From the IMG/VR virus record IMGVR_UViG_3300032397_000001: 64,000 nucleotides of DNA; one strand, written 5' to 3'. The notes under the pieces are model-generated. The model did not search any database, had not been told where the DNA came from, and worked only from the letters and a program-made list of their open reading frames with translations. The DNA is from a virus. The translations under genes were made by a program, and so were the position numbers. Below, piece by piece: positions 10,501-19,500 of the stretch (position 1 is the stretch's first letter; each line of letters begins with the position of its first letter).

Positions 10501-13500
10501 TCGTTAATGCATTGTCTCCAGGCGATGTTCTTATAGAAAATATTTCTGGGAAGAGTGTAACACTCTCTGGAATTGATAAACGTGAACGTTTGACTTATAA
10601 GAATGGTAGACAATCTTTATCACAGACTTCAGATTTTCATATTACAGGTAAATGGTCTGGTGCAAAGGCATCGGTCAGAGAAATCGAAACGTTTTATAGT
10701 AAGACATTAGGTTACAAAGATCTTTTAGAGAAGGGTACTCTCAAATATGATCATCTCGAGTCGGGAAGGTCTTTCTCTCCAAGCGATACGATTACAGGTC
10801 AGAGTTCAGGAGCGACTGCTTCAGTTCTGGATATGTACATTACGGAAGTGAGTGTGTCAGGAATTTTAACGATTGGAAGTGTTAGTGGATTATTTGAAAA
10901 CAATGAAAAGTTATTGGTTGGCGGTATAACTATTGCTGAATCGAATGGAATATACAAGAAAGGGTTTTCTAGAGGTGATTGGGTTGTTGGGCGTGATACA
11001 GGGAGTCGAGGATATATTATTGATTGTGATGAGACATCAAGTTCTACTGGGGTACTCAAGCTAGTTCAGATTGAAGGTGATTTTGATTGGGAAGATGTTG
11101 AAGAAGAGTTATCAGTAAATACTCTTCCAGGAGTAATAATTGCTACTTCGACAGGAGTTGCTAGTGATAGGTCTGAAGGTCGCTTAGTCATAGCAGATAG
11201 AATAGGTACTTTCATTGTAGGTGAACCACTTGTTATTGATGAATGGAAGACGTACTTTGCGGATGTTGATCAGGTTACGCAAGGTGTCTTTGGAAAACTC
11301 TTTTATCAAAAGATTGACAAACTAGACATTTATGGAACAGACGGAAGTGGAAATATAAAGCGTGTAAAGGGATGTTTGCATTATGATAATCTGCAGCCGC
11401 TCAGAAATTTCTTCATTGGTTTCATAGTTATTGGGAATACGTCAGGTAAAACGTTTACGGTAACTGCGGTCTTTGAGGATCCTCGCACCGGGTTTGAGAA
11501 ATGTGGTTATCTGTTTGGTGATGAAGCCTCAATTACAGAAATTAATGGTATGATTGAAAATGAACCGCTTCGGGGAAGGGTAAATCATTTCGCCAACTTC
11601 GATTGTGTTGATTGGGACGAATTAGAAACAATCTTTCTTACAAATGAGTGGGCTCCTGACTTCACTTTTTATAGAAAAAACTTTCAAGAGGTAAATGAGC
11701 ATGTTTGTGATTGTGAACAGTGGAGTCCTCAAGTTGTTAATCCTTTCCGTAGATATGATATTATTACTGGCAACACAGAAACTGCACGAATTCTTACATC
11801 AGAAATAAGTTCGCCTGCAGCTGAAGTTTCCCCAGGAACCTTTCGAGCTTTGGATATTGAAGCTTGCCTATATGTTGATCAAGTAAGTGGCGCTCTTTCA
11901 GGAACCGTTATAGTTGAGGACGTTATCACAGGTGCAGTATGTCAACTCGGTCCTCAGATGCAGTCAAAATATCCTAGTGCGTCTGAAATCATGGATCCTG
12001 TTTACGGTTTGGTTAAATACAAGAATAAAAAAGGTAAAGAGTTTGAAGTCGCAGATATAATTACTGGGGTGTCTTCAGGTACACGTGCAGTAATTACTGA
12101 TATTAGTGATTATGTAGCTTTGCGAGAAGGATGGCAATTCTATCATGAACTTGCTGAGATTGGTAGAATTAATTTTGATAATATTCAGACTGGGAGAAGC
12201 TTCCATGTAAATGATTGGGTTCTAGGGAACAGTTCGAAGGCACGTGCTGAGGTTTCTTACGTTTTCGATTCTGGAAATGTGCACGTCTTATTCTTGAGTG
12301 ATTTCGCTAGAACTCAATTGTTTTATGATCATCTGCAGTCTGGAAAATATTTTCTAGTAGGTGATGTGATTGTAGGAGCAACTTCAGAAGCACGAGCTAT
12401 TGTTACTCATATCTTTTCAGATTCTATTGGTTTGTCTAGTATATGGGGTACATTCCAAAATGATGAACACTTACAGGTAAACGGAATATATATTGCAGAT
12501 GTTAATGGGGTACTTTGGGAAAATCTTGAGTTCCTTGATGATGAACATCTGTATGTTGATGGTATTTACATTGCGAACGTTAATGGAAGTATTCAATACG
12601 GTTTCCAAGAAGGTGACGGAATTGAAGTCGTAGATAAATATGGTACTGAAGATCCTGTACTTCCTGTAGGCCAGTTTGTAGATCACTTTAAAGAAAATCG
12701 TGGATATTTCATTCTTGAACAGCAGGGTGAATTACTAGGCCCTGTTGTAGAAGTGCCTTATAAGAATCTGATTGCTGGTGAAGACTTTGATGTTGGATTC
12801 GATGTTGTTGGAGAAGAGTCAGGTGCTCGAGGAACTGTTCTTGAACATGAACCTGAAGTTGGTGATTTGCACTTCTTTGACTTGGAAGGTGGAGCAAGCT
12901 TTGATATTGGTGATCAGGTAGAATGTAGATATTCAGGTGCTTCAGGCAAAGTATTAAATAAGTTTAGTTATGTCACATTGGATTATGATAACCTTCAACC
13001 TGACAAAGGCTTTTATGTTGATGATCATGTTACTGGAATGAGTACTGCTGTAACAGGTACTGTTCAGGCTGTAATTGGGCACCAAACAGTTAATGCTCTT
13101 TCTTTTGATAATTATCAAGGTGTTAGAGAGTTTTATCCTGGTGAACATGTCATAGGTAATACATCATCTGCAAAGGCTCTCATTCAAAAGGTAGAAAGGA
13201 CTGGCCTCGTAGGTGTGTTGTGGTTAGTTTCTATTGATGGAGTTTTCCAGAATAATGAACACCTTCATGTAGGAAACGATTTATATTTGGCTGACACTGA
13301 TGGTATAATTTCAACTACTTATGGTTATGGATCACTATATATCAAAAACGCTTCTGGTACTTTTGTAAATGATGAGCATCTCAATACAAGTCACGGATAT
13401 ATTGCTATTGTTAATGGAGCGCCTATCAATAATGATTCTGGAGGCCTGCTTGTAGGTAACGTTTCCTTGGGGAGAGGATTTAATTGTCGTCTATTAAATG

Positions 13501-16500
13501 AGAGTATTGATGGAGAGGCCTTAAAAGGTGAATATTCAGGCGGGATAGTCACTGTGTCTGATTCTATACGGGCGCAATTTTTATCCTTCAAGAATTATCA
13601 AAAACTTGCCGGAAAGGTTTTCAATGTAGGCACTCTCATTAGAGGTTTTACCTCTAACGCTGAAGCCATTATTTTATATGTTGATGAAAGTAGTTTGAAG
13701 TTACGCCTTATCGATGTAGAGGGAACTTTTCAAGACAATGAAAAATTACTTGTGGATGATGAACACGTCGCAAATGCAGATGGTACCTTATGGGATACAT
13801 TAATTGTTGATTATGTTAACAAACTCAACTACAAGAGTTTACAACCTGGTCAAGTCTTTCATATCAGTGATATTGTTTCTGGTGCAACTTCTCATCAAAC
13901 ATCGATAGTAGAATATGTTGAAGATCATGGTGGTGGAACAGGAACTCTTGTTGTATCAAACTATACAGGTATTTACATTAAAAATGAGAATCTCAAAGTT
14001 AATAACGTCATCATTGCAACCTGTAATACTTTCAGTATCATTGGTGATCTTGATGTAAATAAAACTATCATTGGAGTTGATTCGGGTGCGACAGCTTTAG
14101 TAAAAGAAATAGATCCTCAATGCTGGACTCGGATCCTTGAGCTTTCCTGTATGACTAGTGTTAGTTATTCAGGAACATATAGAGATCGTGATAACAACTA
14201 TGCAAAGTTTGGTCTGTATGAATTATTAACATCTGCGTCTCCTGATCATTGGGGTACATCATACACTCTCGCAACTTGTTCTGGAGGCATGTCTGGACCT
14301 TTGTATGAAGTTCAAGGTGTAGGCCAAGTTGCGAATTTGAGTGTATTGAGCGTTGCTGTTACACATCCTCGTGATGGGTTACTTCTGTTAAGAAATATTA
14401 CAGATACTTTTCAGAATGGTGAGTTCTTGACGGTCGATGGTTATGTAGTTGCTAAGACAAGAGGGTTAGTGACAAAAGAAACTCCTTACGGGCGAGTCTT
14501 GCTTTCTGAGGCAAAAAAGTATCATACACTCGAACCTAACGAGTGGTTGATGTCAGATGATGATCGTGCATGTGCTATTGAATCTAATCAGTTCTTCAGT
14601 CAGAACTTCAAGCATGGCGAAGCAGTCTATATAGATGATGTAAAGAAAGCCCGAGTTTTATATAAGCCTCAGTATCATTTTGGGAGACTTATTTTAGATG
14701 ATACTAAAGGATTTTTCCATGATGGTGAGACATTAAGTTTAGATAAAGGGATTATCACTTTTGATAATTTACAGTCTGGTGCAAATTTCAAGATCGATGG
14801 AATTGTTCGAGGTATTGACTCGTTAGCTTTTGCTACACTCGTTGATTATAGTGTTGATGAAGCTAACAAAAGCGGATCTTTGTATCTCGGTGATATTCAT
14901 GGCGAGTTTGAAATTGATGAGGAAATCCATATCGAAGGGTCATATGTAGGTGATGTTGCATCACTCGTTGATTATCATAATGTAGCTATAGTTAATGCAG
15001 GAGCACGAGGCGCTTTCATTTACCTTTCAGGTACACTCCATGGATGGGATACAACCCCTCTCTTACAATTTTTCAGTGAAGAGGATCCTCCATACTGGAT
15101 GCCTTCAGAGCCTCCGGCTTACTTGTATATTAATGGTGTACAGTTTGCAGTCATTACCAGCGCCACCGAAATGAATAAAGGAGCCTATCTAAATATCAAT
15201 AACATTGAAGGTATTTTCGAAGATGGAGAGTGGTTAGAGGTCGATGGAGTATACATTGCTAGTGCAAAACGTTTCGGGCGTCAGATATGCTTTACTCCAT
15301 CAGGTCAGGTCGTACAATTCGAAGATGATTATGAAAGACGGAATTGGAAAAATGCAACATGGTCCCGTCAGAAAGGATTGTTCCTATTATCTGAAGAGAC
15401 AATGGAGAATTATGGATCTTTATTCATCTATAACTTGCAGATTCACCGAAGATGCTTTCAAGGGGATATTATTGAAGGTGAAACGTCAGGCGCGCAAGCG
15501 GAAGTTGTAGGTTATGAAGTAGGGCTTGATTATATAGTAATCTATAAGTTGAACGATATTGACTTTCAGTCAAAGGAACGTTTATTTGTAGGGGATTACT
15601 ATATTGCAGATGTCTTTGATGGAGATAGCAGTGACTTTATGGTTACTACTTCCTCTATTCAGGGATTAATGCTAAAGCAGTTAGGAATTAATGTTCAAGG
15701 TACATCATGGACTCCTGATAATGATGTCAAAGATTTTTTATGGACTGGAATATCAACTGTTTCTCCTGATGCTCCTATAGGATTGACAGTCGCACAAGTC
15801 ACATCACATCTAAGTAATTATCCTGCAGAAGTCGTTCATCCTTTCGATTTGATGCCTGGTTTAGATCCAGATGAAACGCTGCTCGATCAAGGGTGGCCTA
15901 ATTATGAGGGAATGAAGAAGTTAGTAAATTCACCTTATCTAGGTGATTTGTGTCTGATGAATAACGGTGACGTTTGGACTAGAGGGGCTGAACTCTTTAA
16001 ATGGTCTGCAGTGGCTTACAATAGTACTATTTTTGTAGCTTTCGGGTTAAACAGCGACAAAGTTGCGAGAGGGTACTTTGAAGATGTTCTTGAAGACGAA
16101 CTCAAATTAAAGTTCTATGAGCGTGTCAGTGCACAAAACTTTGATGTGGGAGATACCGTTGTTGGTCACACATCTGGTGTTTCGGGTATTGTATCAGTAG
16201 GCACATATCCTACCACAGAACCATTTCCTGATCCACGAAGTCTTAAAGCTGCATATATTGAGTTTCAACCCGGAACAGTTTCAGGTGATTTTCTTGAGAG
16301 TGAACTACTCTACAAAAATGGGAAGCAAATTGCTCGTGTTGAGCATTGGTTAAAAACAATTGATAAATCTAAATTACGCTCTAGTGTAACTTACTACAAT
16401 CTACCAAGTTCGAAAGCATGGAGTTCAGTTGTTTGGAATGGTTCCGTATTTTGTGCAGTAGCACGGAATAGTGATTCAGCAGCAACTTCGTCTGATGGAA

Positions 16501-19500
16501 TTACCTGGTTAGCCAGAACTCTTCCCGTTATTGCTGATTGGAATTTAATTGTTGCTCATGGTTCGACATTAATTGCTTTTATATATCAAAGTAAAACTTA
16601 TGCTGTATCTTCAGACAATGGAGTTTCTTGGGGTACCTATTCTACATTACCTGCTGTAGGTAATTGGTCAGCAGGTGCTTCGAGTGGTTCAAAATTAGTA
16701 GTCTTTTCTGAGAACAGTAACCTGGTTGTGGTTACAACTAACTTGGTAAGTTGGACTAGTAACGGTCTACCTTACGGAGGATTATACTGGTCTTCAGTTG
16801 TTTGGAATGGTTCAGTTTTCTGTGTAGTTGCACGGAACAGCCCATTTGTAGTAACCTCGTCTGATGGAAACACTTGGACTCATGTAGGCACATTTCATGA
16901 TATTAATGGTGCTAATAGTATCATTGCAGTTGGAAGCACCTTGTATGTTGAGTACTGGAAATCTATAGACAATGGAATTACTTGGACTAATGTTTTAGAA
17001 TCTTCATGGGATAGCTTACCTATAGGTGACACCTTAATAGGTACTATTTATAGACAAGCCGATCTTAGCGATCACAAGAAAAATTCTTTGGTATTCATTT
17101 GTAACGATGGTGTAGTCAAAGCGTCTTCACTTTACGAATATATTCACTGCGACACTGTCACAGTAACTATAAATAATGATGATCTCGATGATTATACAAC
17201 TGAGGCTGGTGAATGGTTACAGATAACTGAATTAGACAATATTGTTGATATTGCAGCTGGAAATAAACATTTCTTGTTCCTTGATTCTGATGGTGCTGTT
17301 TACGCAATGGGGGATAATCAATATGGTCAATTAGGTAACAACTCAACTGTCGATTCATTATACCCAACACAGATTACTCAATTGGCTTCTATGCTCATTG
17401 AAAAAATCTTCAGTGAAGGAAATAAATGTTGGGGAATTAATGATAGTGGGAATGTTTACGCTTGGGGAGAAAATCAGTATGGAGAGCTTGGATTGAATCC
17501 TAGTCTGTGGCCAGTAAGAGGCCCTCTGATTTCTACATTTTTACAAGACTCAATAATAATCACCGAAAGTTATGCTCTCAAATCTGATGGAACTATTTGG
17601 TCTCTTGAAGATCGTAAACAATTGTGGGCTTTCATTGGTAGCTGTAGTGATCTCTCACAAAAGGACGATGAAGTAAACTTTGTAGGTTCTGATCGAATGC
17701 TCTGGACTTTAAGTGAATCTGGAATACCTTTACAGAAGTTTGGAGAGCGTACTAGTGTCATTGATATGAGTAAGGCTCCATCTGATTATCAAGCTCTTGT
17801 GTTTGATAACAATACTATTTGGGGTAGAAGATGTATCTTAACTGGATCGGGCGAAGTCTCTGAGTTTATATGGCGGGGAGATAACATTATAAAAGCTCTC
17901 ATTGGGCGCCATATGAATCTTCAGTACTTTTCTAGTCAACCGCCTGGTCAGGAAGCACGATTTAATAGTGCATTTTCTCAGTATTGTTTCTTCCTTAAAG
18001 AGGATGGGACTGTATGGGCAAAGACATTATTGTTGTATGACAGTGAAGAAATAACTGAGTCATATAATAAGGCTTACTTGGGAACTACTGATATCGCATT
18101 CAGTCTCATCAGTACCAATGGAAAAATGCTTCACTTTAATACTTGTTTAGATTGGGAGTATAATTTAGATAAACCCCATGGCCAATTCATGCTTGCAAAT
18201 ATTCCTACCGGCATCGAAGATGTAGGATTTACCAGCGAAGTGTTTTTCGGAATCAAATCAGGTTTTACTAATAGAGGATACGTATCTCGAGATGGCTTTA
18301 GTTGGGATGAAGTAATATTACCATTCACAGGTGATTGGATCATTGCTCATTATGATCGGATTGATCATTATATCAGTGGTATCTTTGGTGGTACTGAATA
18401 CGATAGCTATTCTGATATGAAGTGGGGTATCCCTCTTGTTATATTGGCAAGAGGTCAAGGAACAGTTCTTCATTCTGAAGATGGTGTTCGATGGAATGGA
18501 TACTTCATTACTCCTATAATTGAGCAGTGGAAGAAAGTAATTGCTGCAAAAGAATTTCTTGAATCAGAATATGCAACTGAAGCACACTCTTGTACATATT
18601 TTGCGATTGTTGATGGTAGCGTAAATTATTTCTATATGTCAACAAATATTAAGAAGTGGGTTAAGAAAACACTGCCTATTACTGCGACATGGATTGATTT
18701 AATTCATATCAAGATCAACAATGCCACTGAAAATGTTACAGCATTTCTTGCTTCTGACCAGAACAAGATAATTTATTATGATTGGAATACTGGTACATGT
18801 ACTACTATTAATTTACCTACAAGGCCCACAGGTTCAACATGGAAAAGTTTGGCTAGAACATATTCTGCACAACTTGCAGCTCTTCCTTCAAAAGGTAATA
18901 AAGCAGCAGTTTGCAATTATGTTAGTTCACCCACTACTTGGAGTGAATGTACTTTACCTCATAATGCTACCTCTTGGAATGTTGTTTTAGGGTGGACTGA
19001 TAAGAAGTTCATCATTGTTAGTATTGCAGACAACAAAGCATATGTATCTGAGAATGCGTGGAGTGGAAATCTTCCAGTTGAAAGTTCTTGGGTAGAATTT
19101 AGTTTACCTGCTGGCGCTTCATCTTATAGTTATGTAGGTGCTTCTCGGTTTACTCCTTTGGGCTTGCCCTCAATTTTACGTAATCATACAAAAACGCCTG
19201 TACAATTAGAAGGGCTAACTGGTATCACTCAAATCAGTTTTCTGTATGCTGCTTACAATGTACATAATGAAAAGTATTATGGTTTCCCAGTTTCCGGAAT
19301 GTTTCCAATGGTTATCAAGAATGATGGAACTGTATGGATTTGGTCTCCTATCGAACTTCAGCCTAGACAGTTAACAGGATTGACTAATATTTCTCAAATT
19401 GGAGTTGATGACGAAGGATCTGCAGATGTATTAGCAGAAGTTGTAGTCACTGCAAAAAGAATAGTATATTATAAAAAAAAGCAAGTAGGTAGATCATTTT

